Below, piece after piece: positions 26,132-40,274 of a stretch of DNA of 64,000 nucleotides. The stretch covers positions 17,980,001 through 18,044,000 of the forward strand of contig CM022671.1 in assembly GCA_012295275.1 (NCBI GenBank), given 5' to 3'. The translations under genes were made by a program, and so were the position numbers. How positions within the stretch are numbered: the stretch's first letter is position 1; the number at the start of each line of letters is the position of its first letter. Origin of the DNA: Chrysomallon squamiferum (Eukaryota > Animalia > Mollusca). The notes under the pieces are model-generated. The model saw only the letters and a list, made by a program, of their open reading frames with translations. It ran no database searches and had not been told where the DNA came from.

Positions 26132-29100
26132 ATGGAAGAAATGTCAAAAGGACAGATTTTGAATTATAACAATTGCACAGGCCAGGAACAAAAAATTAAA
26201 ATAAAGAAAAAAGTTAGCTGGAATTTGCCCCAGACTGACACTGAAAGTGATGAGGAGTTTAGTGATGAGAAACGAAACTGCAGTCCTCAAAAGAAAAAAG
26301 CTTCAAACAGAAATACTCAGAAGAAAAAACCATTGAACCGCAATACTCAGAAGAAAATATCTTTGAAAAAAAATGCTCCGAAAATTGATGATAACACTAA
26401 AAAAAAAGGGAAAAGGAAGGTTACGAATACTAAAGCTCCAAGTCAGAAAGACATCACAAATGTAAAAACAGTAAATTGTAATGCTGTGAACTTGCTTAGT
26501 AAAGCTGTCCAGAAAATTAAACCTCATCTAAAAAATAAAAAGACAAAGAACACAGTTAGTGAAAAGGTTAAAACAGACAAGAAAGTAAATGCAAAATCTG
26601 CCAGCAAGGTAAAAAAGAAAGAACTGATTACAGATAAAGAGGCAAATGCTAAACAAAACTCAAAATCCAAACCTCGTAAGGAGAAAAAGAAATTGAAAGT
26701 GACTGTTTGCTCAAAACCTGAAATGGTGTTAAAGAAAGAAATTATTAATACTGATGAATTGGATGAAGGTCCAAGTATTAATGACAAAATTGTTGCCATA
26801 GAGGATGTTGCTGACATTTTGAGAGATGCCGATTATATGGAGAAATCAGAATCTTGTTCGGGTAATGATGATAAAATAATCATTTCAAAGGATGCTGTGA
26901 CAGAGATGGATGGTGTTTGCGACCAAGAAGTTAGTATAATGAGTGATTCTGATTCCAGTTCAGATTTTGAGGATGTTGAACCTTTGAATGTTTCACCAGA
27001 TACTGAATTAAAACCAAGCAGTTCTGACACCTTTGACCAATCTGAAACAAGCCCAGACAGTGCAAAGAAAACTGAGGATAAAGACAAAGAAGTGAACATG
27101 AGACAAAATAAGAAGGGAAAAAACAAGAAAGAAAAACAAGAATTAACTAAAAATGAAAAGGCGAAGGAAGTTTCTTCTAAATCTACAAAAAGAAAGAAAT
27201 CAAACAAGAAGCCAGAAGATTCTGGCCCACCTGTCAAGAAAAAGAAAACTGATAGTAAAACAAATTTAGGTAAAAGAAAAACAAAAAGTGATACCTCAGA
27301 AAGATGTAAAAAAGCTAAATTAAAGAAAGAGTCAAATGATGAGGATGTGGAGGAACCCATTAAAACAAAGAAAATAAAAAGTGAAAAGGATGAAAAATTA
27401 AAACAGAGAACTACTTCAAGAACTAAAAAGAAGAAGAAAGAAGGTGCTGGAAAAAGTTTTTCGAGCAAGAAGGGAAACGTGACATTTGATGACACTGATG
27501 TCACAGCTGTACTGTTAAAAATGGAAGGAGCAAGCATGAGGCAGTCTACTTCCACAGAAGAAGAGCATGAAGGAGAAGATAACTCTGAGAGTGAACAGTC
27601 AGAAATCAGTGGAAGTGAAGATGAGGACTGGGAAGAGGTTGCTGGTATGTGTAGAGAAGCACGTTAAACTTTTCATTGTTGATAATATTTATTATTCATG
27701 AATGTTATTTTCATCAACAGACTGACAGAATTTTTCTTTAGTTGAGAATTACATATATCTGAGTGTAGTTATATCTTTTACATTTATCTTGGAATTTCAG
27801 TAAGTACCATTTCAAAGTAACACTGAAAAATATCTAAAAGAAAATTTATATTCATATCAACAACATCAAATACTTATTTTTTCTTGTATTGTAATGGAAT
27901 CATTATTCAAAGATAATTTAATGTTGTTATGTTAAATTATTGTATTATGATAATTTTATCCTTCCACAGTGTTTCAGTTAATATCATCAACTGAATTTAA
28001 AAGAATTTCATTTCATGTCTTTCATAGATCACCACACCAGTATGAGATCCCAGATTCCAGACCAGCCAATAGAAATCACTCTACCTGATACTGCCTTGAG
28101 GAAGAGAAAGTAATTTATACATTATGTTTATCATCTCATAAATTTTACATAAATAAATAGAAAATAATTCATGTTAATTCATGTTATAATTTGCCTAGAA
28201 TGAGATAAAGTTGGTTAAGACAATTTAAGACTGAATCATTATCATCTCATAGATTTAAATACGTACAGTATTTGAATTTTTTTGCAATGATCATATATTA
28301 ATTTAATTAAAGCATTTAGCTTGAATAGAAATACTTTCAGAACCAACTTCAAGATAATTTCTTATATTAGTTAAGCAAATTACAAATAATATTATATTTT
28401 AAACTTACAAGAAAATTATATTAATACCCCATTAAATACTGAGTATTTTGAAAATATAACTTCTTTATTATTTTTTTCAACTAATTTATATTATTACCAC
28501 TAAAAAGGTCTTAACTTTCAGTTTGCATTTTATAACTTGAAAGTATCGTATTAATGCTGTAGTTATAATATTATAAAGTAATTTTTTTCTCTCAGAAAGA
28601 AAAAAGCCTTTGATTGGATTGCCTATGTTCGTCGTCAGTTGATACGTTTTCAGAGAGATGTTCAAAAAGACATGCATAAGGTAATTTATAATAATAAAAA
28701 TACAAGTTATACTCAGTTATTTAAAAAAAAATATATAGATAGTAGCAGAATGGTAAAATGATTATATAACTAAATATTAGCAATATTATTAACTATAATG
28801 CATGTATGTATGGGAAAGGGAGTGGATAGATATATGTATTTATGTTGGTGTGTGTGTGTGTGTGTGTGTGTGTGGAAGAATGGTTAAAGTATTGTATAAT
28901 TAAACAATTAACAATATTATTGATTACAGTTTGTGTGTGTCATCAAAAACTGCTCTGATGAGAAATGAATAAGTTTTATTTCAAAAGATATATCTTTAAA
29001 TCGTATTTTATTTTTTTATTTATTTATTTTATTATTATTTTTTTTATTTTTGAAATTTTTTATTTTACGATTTTCAGGTTCATCTGATGTGTCTTATGTC

Positions 29101-29295
29101 CTGGGGAATGAAACAAAACAGCATTTTGAACTCGGAACAAATCTCTGCACAAGTTCTATCACTAATTCCAGAAAGTATTGTACCAGATCAGGATACATGT
29201 GGTATAGGACAGCTTGAAGCCATTTTACAGTGGTTCAGAGATCTGATTGAGTTAGACACAGAGAAAGTAGAAAATGAAACAATGACCCTGGTAGG

Positions 29296-29346
<51 letters not shown>

Positions 29347-32300
29347 CAAATAATAATGATGATGATGATGACAGAATAAGTAGAAAAGATATAAATCTGT
29401 TTCAGCTACCAAATTGTATGTTGACATGAAATAAGATTTTTGTTTTTCTCAATCATCAAATTTATCAAATATTTGTAAATAAAGGCCCACCTGTTAAACT
29501 AACTAAATAGCACAAACATAAGTTATGGGTGTTCAGAATTAATATTATGGCTTGGTCCCCTCTGTCTACTTATTTTTTTTTTTTTTTAATATGCATTTAA
29601 TAATTAAAATACAAAATTCAAAAACCACAGTACAGAATATTAGTAAATATTTTCATTTAATATGTTCTATTACTTTTTAAATTCTTAATTTTTAATTATT
29701 TTGGGGTTTTTATATTATGTTAAGCATATATATATTTTATTAAATTTTTCTAAGGTGAAAACAGAAGATATAGAAAATGCACTTGAAGAAAGGAAGGTCA
29801 ATTCAAAAAGACTTATGGTTGCTGTAAGTTTATTATAAATTATAAACAATTAAAAAAAAAAAAGGATTATAAAAAGTGAAGATAATTTTTCATTAAATAT
29901 CTTTCAGAAAAACAATTATTATTGTTTGAAATATATTACACAATAATTAGAAGTTACAATTTTTATTATTTATTCAATGATCTATTTAGTTGTTTATATA
30001 TATATAATTCATAAATTTAAAATATATTTTTTTTAAAAATGTTACTCAGCTTCATATTGTATTTAGTTTTATTACATTTTTTAATAAATTTCTATTTTCA
30101 GGTATTTGTTATTGTTTTAAGAATGATGTCATTTAACACAAGACTGATTTTCTCATTTCATCCTGTACCTTTACGACTTGCACCAGATAATAAGGTATCC
30201 TAAAATCATTCAAATCTGCTAAAAAAAAATAAAACATCAACTGAAACCAGAAATAGAAATTTTCTATAGATTTATTAAAAATAGACTAATGTAATCCAAA
30301 TACTTATATATATATATACAGAGATATATAGATATAGGTAACTAATTTGACTTCACTACCATTATGTTAAAAGTCAACTCCAAATTAATTGGTACAGTAA
30401 TCAAGAATAACTGAAATGTCAGCTTGATTTTCAGTCAAAAGATGGCCAAAAGAAAAATGTTGATGATCAAGAAGAAGAAGAAGAAAGTCCAACAAAAAAG
30501 GAGAAAAAATGTTCAAAAACAAAATTGAAAACAAACACTGATAAAAAGAAATCATCAGGCAAGAAGAACAATTCTAAGAAGTCTGCAAAAGATGAAACAA
30601 GTAAAAAAGGCTGCAAATATTTCAAAAAAGATGCAAAAGTGAAAAAATCTTCTTCATCAGCTATTAAATCTACATCAACAAGTTCTGACAGTACAGATGT
30701 TGATGCAGAAACAAACTCTTCAGAAAAAGAAAGAAAAACGTTTTCTTCAAAACTTTCCAAAAAAGTCAGACAGTCGACATCTGAGAATAGTGACAATGAC
30801 AGCAGCGAAAAGAGACGAACATTGAGACCAAAACCTGCAGGCAGGAAAACAAAGAAGAGTGATGGAAGGGCAGTTAACTCTGATGAATCCGGTTATGAAG
30901 ATGTGTCTGTTTCAGACAATGACAGTGATTTTTGCGATGATGAATTCTTCACCAAGATCAGACAAAAGAAACTGTTGAAGAAAAATGTCAAAGTGAAGAA
31001 ACAAAAATCTGCAGATTCTGCAGCTGAAAGGTACGCTTGAATAGGCTGATTAGGTCTATTTAACTGTTTCTTTAATATCTGTGTAGAATTTGTTTTAATT
31101 AAATTTAGGCTCAGACGTTATAACCCAGTGCTGAGGAATGGTAGTTTGTAGGATCAAATCTGCTCAGAGCATCATTTCCGCATTTTCATCCAAATTAGTG
31201 GTGTATGATTGTCTTTTTGTTACAAGACTGACTTACATGTTTTCATGTAAAAGATATTGTGTTGTTTATAAAAAAAGATTAGTTCATCCAGTGACAGCAA
31301 CAGATTTCTTGTAAGACTTCTTAACAATTTGTAACAATAGTAATATGATAAATAAAACATGACTTTGTTCCTACATGAATTAAATTAAACTGTTCTTGAA
31401 AATTTATTGTAATTTACAAAAATACTTGACAAACCAGTTTAACTTCAAAATTCCACTCCAGATTTATTTCGTACAGTAACAAATAAGCACCAAAATGCAA
31501 GATTTATTTTCAGTCCAAAAAGTTTGCAGTTCCACATTAAGTTTTATTATTATTGTTGTTGTTTGGGTGATTTTTATATGCATGATATTTGATTCCACTT
31601 GAAAATTAATAATTTAATTTCTTTTCTGTATTATTTGAAATGTATTAAGTTTATCCTTTTTTCTCTTTCTTTCTTTTTCTCAGTTCTAGCAGTGATATTG
31701 AAGAAAATGACCAAGAAACAAAACATTCCGTAAAAATCAGCAAGGATAAAGATAAATCAGTGGATGACAAAAACAAATGTAAAATGTTTTCTTTTATTAT
31801 TTTACAGTTTCATCAGAGATAAAAATATGAATTTAATGATAACAAAACCAAAAAGGCTGAAAATTTTACATTTATAATTTTTCTTTGTTACAATTTTTTT
31901 TAACAGTAATAACATCATCAGCCAATTTTTAAATAAAATCTGGTTACATGCATTATTAAGTATGATATATTTTGTATAGAATGTCACATAATTTAGTTTT
32001 TATACAATATTAGGTAAATTTGTCAGATATATATATATCTTTTGATGGCATAAAATATCAAATATTTAGTTCATTCAGAAAATACTTCTTTGGTTTCTGG
32101 TTTATAACATATTCCCCTCCTTACTGTTTTTAATGATATGTTTTTAATTTAATCTTTAAAATGCAACCCTCTCTTTTGAAATCCTAGATCTACTCCTGAT
32201 ATCTAGACATACTAACACATAATGATATACATTTAAGGTCTTGTTAAACAATTTTTTATTGCATTTGTATTTCAGTTTGTGATAGCTGGGTAGAGGTGTA

Positions 32301-33411
32301 TTTGCCAAAAGAAAAACGATGGCTTTGTAAGTTTAATTTGATAAATAAGTAAAAATTAGAAAAAATCTACATTTTTAGTAGACTCAAAGGAAAAATGCTA
32401 ATATTTATTTACTTTCAAATTTTATTACTGTTATTTATTTATTTTATTTTTAATTAACATTACATTGTTTATATTTCTATATATGAAATGATATCACAAC
32501 AATGGTAAAATGTCTTTAAAGTTATTGTTATGCTTAATTTTTAAAAGGATGATATGTAGGAAACAAATAAAAAAGTATTCAGAATTATACAAAATATTTT
32601 TTTTTTTTTTTTTTTAAATGCCTAGTTACTGATGAAGTCATATACTTTAGCAATAAATAAATAAGTAAATAAAACAATAATTTAAATGCATTTCATATTT
32701 ATTACAATGTTTTTGTGCAAAATTCCAAAGGTATGGTATAATCTTAAACATATTGTTTTTATGTTGCATTTGACCTGTTCTTACCTGTATTTCAGGTGTT
32801 GATTGTGAGAGAAATATTGTGGACAAGCCTGATGAAATTGAAAAAAATATATCTCAACCTGTTCATTATGTTTTTGCATTTAGTACAGGTATGTATAGAA
32901 GTAGCAACATTTAAAGTAAACTTTGTATAGTTTGTAGTATTTTTCTATAATATTTTCAAGATGTAGTACTGTTTGCACTTATTTAAATGATGTTTATTTA
33001 AAAATTTGTCTGTTTTAATTTACTTATGAACAGATAACTTTTTAAAATGTTATTCCTTATAAAATTTGCTAGTATTTATATTATATTTATATTAGTTAAT
33101 AAATTTGAGGAATTTTCTGTTAAAAATAGTGATAAACACCAGCAATCAGAAAAGTCTGATCACTGTTAGTGTGTTTAAACACATACTAAATATTAACATT
33201 CCTCAGTATTTCTCTGTTTCTTAATGGCAGACTCCAGTGTAAAGGATGTGACATCACGCTATGCTTCTGATTGGATGACTCACACACGTAAATTACGAGC
33301 GGATTCTGATTGGCTGAACAAGATGCTGAAACCATATAGAAGTTCTAATGTGGAGCTTGATGATCAGGATGATGAAAACATGAGAAGTATGTACACACTA
33401 AAAACACACAC

Positions 33412-33471
<60 letters not shown>

Positions 33472-36400
33472 TCCTAATATATTTCTGAAATTTAGTTTTA
33501 AAAATGTTTTTAAATTATTTTACTAATGTTTTCAAGTTTCCAAATGTTTTACAAATCTTAGAAATAAAAATAAATATGACAAAATTTTGAAGAAATCATT
33601 AAACTAAAAGAAACAGTAAATTTTAATATTGTATATAATCAGGTAAGATCAACATAATTATATAAATATATTTTTTCTGTTTTCATTTATTATTATTATT
33701 ATTTTTATAAACTTATTTATTTTATTATTATTTTATTAACTGTAACATTATAAATCATTTAGCATTCCCTTACACTAAATAATTATTTATTTGTTTTAAT
33801 ATTTTTTGCTTTGTAGATGAATTGATAAGAAAACCTTTGCCAAAAACTGTTGGAGAATACAAAAACCACCCCTTGTATGTTTCTATTCATGGTTATTTTT
33901 TGTTAAGTAATTTAATGAACTTGACAGAATAAATATATATTTTACACAAAACATCATCAACAACAACAACAACAATAATAATAATATTTTTAAGGATTTT
34001 TAGAATTAATAAGATCTTTCTCATATTAATCTGTTTTTGTCTGAAGCCAGTACTTTCAGCTTAATGAAGACACACACACATATATATATATATATATTTT
34101 ATTTTATTTATAAAGGTATGTACTGAAACGTCATCTACTGAAATTTGAAGCTTTGTACCCTAATTCAGCAGTTCCTGTTGGGTACATCAGAGGTGAACCA
34201 GTCTATGCCAGAGAATGTGTTCATACGGTATTTGTATTACTACTGTGAGAGAGAGAGAGATATCTGTATAAATAGATATATATACATAAGTACATACATA
34301 TACAGCATATTCAACATGTTAAAGTGCCAAAATAACCAGACTTAATTTAATATTTAAAAAACAAAAACAAATAAAAAATACATAATTTGGATTGGATGGG
34401 TATTTTAAAAATATTTAAGCTTGATGCCTTCTGACTATATAATAATTTTGATTTTAGCTTCATTCAAGAGAGAACTGGTTGAAAGAGGGCAGATCAGTCA
34501 AGGTAATTATAACAAGTTTAGTTTTTTTTTAAATCTGAAAAATTCCAAAATACTTCTGAAATGGCATGAGGGATGCTGACCACATATGTTGACCAAGTGC
34601 TTATATTTTATATTTTAGATATCAGCATCTGACACTATATAACGATAATTTATTTTTAACATTAACATGATGGTGACAAATGTGTTTTATCTTTAACATT
34701 AACATGTTGTTTGTCTATTAAAAATAATGTGATGTAGTTCAAACATTCATTTTCTAATTTGTTAAAAAAAAACATATTTCTGTGGTTATTAGTCACAGGT
34801 AAATTTTAAAAGATTTTTATTATTAATGTATTTTCAATTTATAGCTGGGTGAAGAGGCATACAAAATGGTTAAATCAAGAAAATATGTGAGTATTATTTT
34901 TGTTATTAATGTTTGATCAAGTATTTTTTTTTTCAAACTCAATTGATAAAATTATTAAATTTAATTTATTTTAGTTATATATTTGTTTTAAGATTAATTA
35001 TGAGAATGACTTGATTAAAATGGTACTGAAATTTTAATTTCAAAGTTGATTTTAAGTAATACTCAAACCTTAAGAAATTTTGTTTAACATTAAAATAATG
35101 TGTTCTGTTAATGTAATTAAAAAAGCTACAATTAAAAAAAGAAGAAAAAAACATTTGTTCAGTGCATACTCTTTATAAATTTACTTTTGACCATAGAACC
35201 TTCTACATAATTAATTTTGTAGGTATTTACTCTAATTGTCAAATGATTTTTACAAATTTGTTTCTGATTATATAACCTACAGCACCTATTAATTTTGTAC
35301 TGTATATGTTATTTAGTACAGTAATTCAATGAATTTACAATTTGTTTATTTAAGAAAGTGCCAAAATTGGATCCTGATGCTCTTGATCTGGAATTGTATG
35401 GTTTCTGGCAGACTGAAATTTATGTTCCTCCTCCAGTTGTAGATGTAAGTTGTGTTTTTTTTTTTGTTTTTTTATATTTGTCAGTTATTTTCCTATCTAA
35501 TAACTATACAACAGTTGTTTTTTTCAAAAGTGATGTCATCTGTGGGGGAAAATGTAGAGAAAAAATCTTGTTATCCCATAGAAAATAAACAGGATTAATA
35601 GTAATACATTTTTTAAAAGTTTCTTAACAAGAGACTGTTAAATAACTGTGACCAATACATTTTATGGAAAAGTAATGTAGGTAATCAGACATTCAATGCT
35701 AAACCATTTCTCTTTCAGGGTAAAATTCCTCGTAATGCCTATGGTAACTTGGAACTGTTTCAGGAGTGGATGCTACCTACTGGAACTGTACAAGTAAAAT
35801 GTAAGTTATGTTTTTATATTGGATTATTTAGCACTTATCATTAATTATCTAGATAATTTTTTTTAATATAATATTTGTTGTATATGTATTGTAAAACCGT
35901 AATGAATATGTTTGTTTGTTTGTTTCCTTAGTTACAGTAGTAAATTTTATTGCTACAGCTTAGTTTTTATGATTGATTTTTTGTTTAATTAATTACATAT
36001 AAATTATTTTTTGTTTGTTATTTTATTTTTTTTTTTTCCAGTGCCTGGTTTGAACAGAATTGCAAGGAAACTTGGAGTTGACTGTGTACCAGCCATGGTG
36101 GGATGGGACACTCACAGTGGATATTCACACCCACTGTATGATTACTTTATTTTATGTTTCTTTGCTATTATGCACTGTAATATCTGTAAATCTTCATCTT
36201 GCTTTATTTTATTTTATTTTTAATGTGTTTTATATATATTCTTTTTATTTTTAAATTTTTTTACTATTTTTTTTTTAATTAAATGTTTAAATATTTTTAT
36301 TTATTGACTGATTTTGATTGTGACTAGTTTTCAAAGGCTTTATTATGTGTTGTCCTCTTCATAATAATATGCTTCTAAAATATCCTAGCTTCTAAAATAA

Positions 36401-37781
36401 AGAAAATGAAGGGTAGTGTATAACATAGATAAAAGTGCCATTTCACAAAATGTCCAGAAAACAATTTTTACCCCAAACATAAGAACATGGGCTATCCTGA
36501 AATTCAAGCATCAACGGAATAATATTTTAATTTTTTGATAGCACGTAAAGTTGGAACAGTAAATTTTCTGTCTGATTACGTATGAGGCCTTTAATTGCCA
36601 GAAGCTAAGTAACAGTATATTAAAATCTGTTGTTATTAAATCATAAATGTAACATTTCTTTCTTTCTTTATTATTGTTGTTGTTGTTATCATTATTATTT
36701 ATTTATTTATTATTATTTAATTATTTTTTTTAGAATGGATGGATGGATTGTGTGTTCAGAACATGAGGAAGCTCTTCAGGCTGCCTGGATTGAAGATCAG
36801 GAAATACAACTCTTGAAAGAAGTGGAGGTAACTCTAATATTAATTTCCATCCAAAATGTATATAAATTATTTTTAAATTTATATATCTATATATATAATT
36901 TTTTTATTTTATGTGAAAGAAGTACATGCCATATCTTTTTTTTATTATTATTATAGGGGTTTTTTAAGGTTTTTTTACACTACCTGAAATAACATTTTAA
37001 AGGTTACACATTTACTATTAAAATTTATGTTCAATGTCTTTCCTATTAATATATCTTGTATTTATTTATTTATTGGGTTCTTTCAGGGTTTTTTTAATAT
37101 AGAGTAACTACCATATTAAATACATACGTAATATTCACCAACAGCAGTGACCATTACTGTTCAGATTAATAATTTGTGATATTTCTGTCTTCAGAAAAAA
37201 CATAAACGAGCTCTTGCAAACTGGCGACTTCTCACTCGAAGTCTTATCATTGGTGACAGACTGAAAAAACAGTTTGATCTTGAGGTGAATTTCCCGTTTT
37301 TATTTGCAAATCTGACAGATCAAAGCACATTTTTTCTTTAAATTTCTTACTGAAAGAATTGTTAGGTGATTTGCAATTTCCTGTATCTTAATAATAATGT
37401 TTTCTTCTTATTTATGAACAAATAAAGCACATATATTTAAAAAAAATAAATAAATTAAAAAATTTTAAAAACTGATTATTCTGGTATAAAAATTAGTGTT
37501 AGTTCTTAAGGTTTAAGAATGTTTTATTGTTGATTAATTTTATTTATTTTGTTATTGTTATTTGTTAACAAAATCATATTTTAACATTTCTGTCCATTCT
37601 GTTTCTTTTTTATTTTGCACAGCAAAACCCAGAATGTGAAGAAAACACAGAGGAGGTCAAGAATGGTAAAAAGGCTGATGATGTTCAAAGTTCATGGCCT
37701 AGAAATCTAGAGAAAAAGACTCAAAAAACCCCAAAAGCATCAAAGAAAAAACCCAGACTGTGTAGTGTTGAAACAATATAA
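26132..37781 (+). CDS. XPC: XPC/Rad4 nucleotide excision repair damage sensor, 21 coding exons
   Basis: Exons 26132-27644, 28028-28109, 28596-28680, 29078-29290, 29755-29823, 30102-30194, 30435-31030, 31684-31778, 32276-32326, 32796-32888, 33231-33386, 33817-33874, 34116-34227, 34458-34502, 34845-34886, 35355-35444, 35719-35800, 36042-36135, 36734-36827, 37195-37284, 37623-37781. Motifs [62 protein letters not shown], and centrin-binding NWRLLTRSL. Confidence 0.96.
29297..29370. repeat. (AAT)n/(GAT)n microsatellite in an XPC intron
   Basis: Directly visible. Confidence 0.95.
33414..33468. repeat. (CA)n microsatellite
   Basis: Directly visible. Confidence 0.95.
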
Positions 37782-38019
37782 CTGTTGAGATTAGTAGAAA
37801 CAAAATTTAAGTGTCAGATCTAGGTGGGGCAACTGAAACCTCCCTGCATGCAGTGACCAGATTTGTAAGATACAAGAGCATTTTCCATTTTTTCTGTTCT
37901 TGAGGTGTAATATTTTTGTACATATATTGAAGGGTGCCCACTTGTAAAATGTTCCTGAATCAGTACCTGGGAAAGGTTGATTGTTTTGTTAACCATTTTG
38001 TTGCAACTAACATAAATGT

Positions 38020-38059
<40 letters not shown>

Positions 38060-39495
38060 AAAGAAGTCTTCCACAGTATACAGATTTAAGTAACATTATT
38101 TTGAAAATATTATTTTATTGTTTATCATTGAATTGCACACTAACAGAAAATTTAGATGTGGAGACACTCACATATACTCATATCATCTTAAATATTTCAA
38201 TCCCTTTAATACCTAGAATATTGTATCCAGCATAAATATATATTTTCATTTGCAATTGCTTTGTTTGTTTGATGTGTTTTTTTCTGTTATGAATATTACA
38301 AATATGAGTCTTTGAATTAAAAGAACTTCAGATAGAAAAAAAATCCTAATTATTTTTTTAGAGATTTCAGCAAATTTTGTTGAGTGAATATTTTATATAA
38401 ATTATAATAATCCTAACATACAAATTAAACTGAGCCGATTAACAACAATATTTTAATGTTAAATATATTGCAAAGAATATTGAGTACAAAGTAAATTTAT
38501 TAATAAATGTGACAGGCAAGTGTCCTTGTCATCAGTTTACTCTTGTTTTTTGTTTTTTCAAAAACTGTTTTTAACAATTTGTGTCAAAGAACAGAATATT
38601 TCATGCCATCACTATTTTTGTTAATACATTTCAGTCTCAACACACTGACCATTCATGATTACAAATTAGAGCCCTGTTTTTAGTACTGAGAACATACCAG
38701 TTTAATCATTAAGAAAACTAAATTTAGTAAATAAAAATCTGGTTAGTTGTTAGTAAAAATCTTGGTATCCCAGTTTGTTGTCTACTATCATTCTTTTTGA
38801 AATATATATACATTTCAGATCTACCTGTTACTGATAGAGATTTTTAAAAAAGAAATAAAAACACTGTTATAGGCAATATGTTATCATCAAATTTGTTATG
38901 GCAGCCCTATCTGAACCATGCCCTCATCTACTGGACATTTAACAAAACCTAACAATTATTAATTGGTTTCTTTCTACCTTAGGGTATTTTAATATATATA
39001 TACATTTCACACAAATTTTTTTAAAAATTTAATGTTTTCTGTATTAAAAGGTTACCTCTTGATTAAGCATGTATTTTAACACCATTAAATAACAAGTTAT
39101 TTTACCTAGAATAATGTAACACAACAGACTTAATCCAATCTGACATTATTTTACTAATAAATATACAAGATTTTTGAGAACTTGAAATATTTTAATCTTT
39201 TACATTATGATATTTATTAAATCAACTGGGGATTTGTTCTGGTTATATACAAGTTAAGACAATCACACTTCCATATATTATAATTACTGCTTTCATTTTT
39301 TTTTTTTTTCACAACAGACACACTCCAACCTCCAATTTCTACTACACAACAATGTTAACATTATTTTTTTTTTCAATTTCACATCGACTTATGTTTTACT
39401 ATATTCCTTTTGTTTGTTTTTTCTTTCTTTTTTTTTTTTTTTTTTTTTTTTTTTTCTTGTTAAAAAACACACTGGAATATACACATGCACACATT

Positions 39496-40128
39496 TTACA
39501 TTTCTTCTTTTGTTTTTTCCTTTGAACCGAGAAGAGATTTCTCTTTTTCAATCCATTTATCCATATCCTGAAAAAAAAAAATTAAATATATACAAATAAA
39601 TGCATAAAATATAATATATAAATATACAACTGAGTGCTATAAACAAAAATGAAAGACAAAGTTGCCCATAAAATCTACCAATGATGAAAAGTTAATGTTT
39701 ATTTTGTTAACAATGTATTTAGAAAATCTTATTTAAGTGTTACATAAATAATCAACATTTTAACACAGATCATATCAACAATCTTATCCACCACAAAAAA
39801 AAAAAAAAAAAATTATTTTCTGTTGTTCTTGAAATTTATTAGTCTTTTTTTTTTCTTTTCCCCATTAAAATTTTATATTAAAAGTATATTTAAATTTTAT
39901 ATTTTGAAGTTCAAACATATACTTCACAAATAACTGATGTTTATTATTTACACTCTACCATAAAAGATTTCAGATAAGGGGTAGATGAAATGTACAATTA
40001 ACACTGTAATGGACATTCACCTCTAAGGGTTTGTAGTAAATATGAACCACTTGTGCTCCTGCACCCATAGTCAACAATGCAGCTGCCAAAAATCTGAAAT
40101 AACCTGGAGGCAAGCGTCCCACCACCAT
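39496..40128 (-). CDS. UQCC6: BRAWNIN / C12orf73 / sloth2 complex III assembly microprotein, 59 aa, 2 exons
   Basis: Exons 40128-40021 (GAG|gtgaat) and 39567-39496 (tttcag|GAT) give MVVGRLPPGYFRFLAAALLTMGAGAQVVHIYYKPLEDMDKWIEKEKSLLGSKEKTKEEM. This matches the recalled family signature (human AMCAGAEVVHRYYRP; fly AGSQAVHLYYKPLED). Strong start context aaaaATGG. Confidence 0.92.
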
Positions 40129-40274
40129 TTTTGATACAGAACACTAATTATATCCAAACACTATGTGAAATCCACCGAAATGTCTATGTTAGTATGTATT
40201 GTTTATTATAACACGTTATCACTAAAAGGTCTCAGCAGAAAAAGAATGTACATCAAAATGTTGATTTTATGATA

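Noticed and set aside
26303-27555. Antisense F/S/L-rich ORFs, including the 240-aa one (also 18957, 30467, 51063)
   Set aside because: Mirror frames of K/E/Q-rich exons of XPC, THUMPD3 and TDG.
26132-27667. 511-aa ORF as a standalone gene
   Set aside because: It splices in phase at 27644 into the XPC core.
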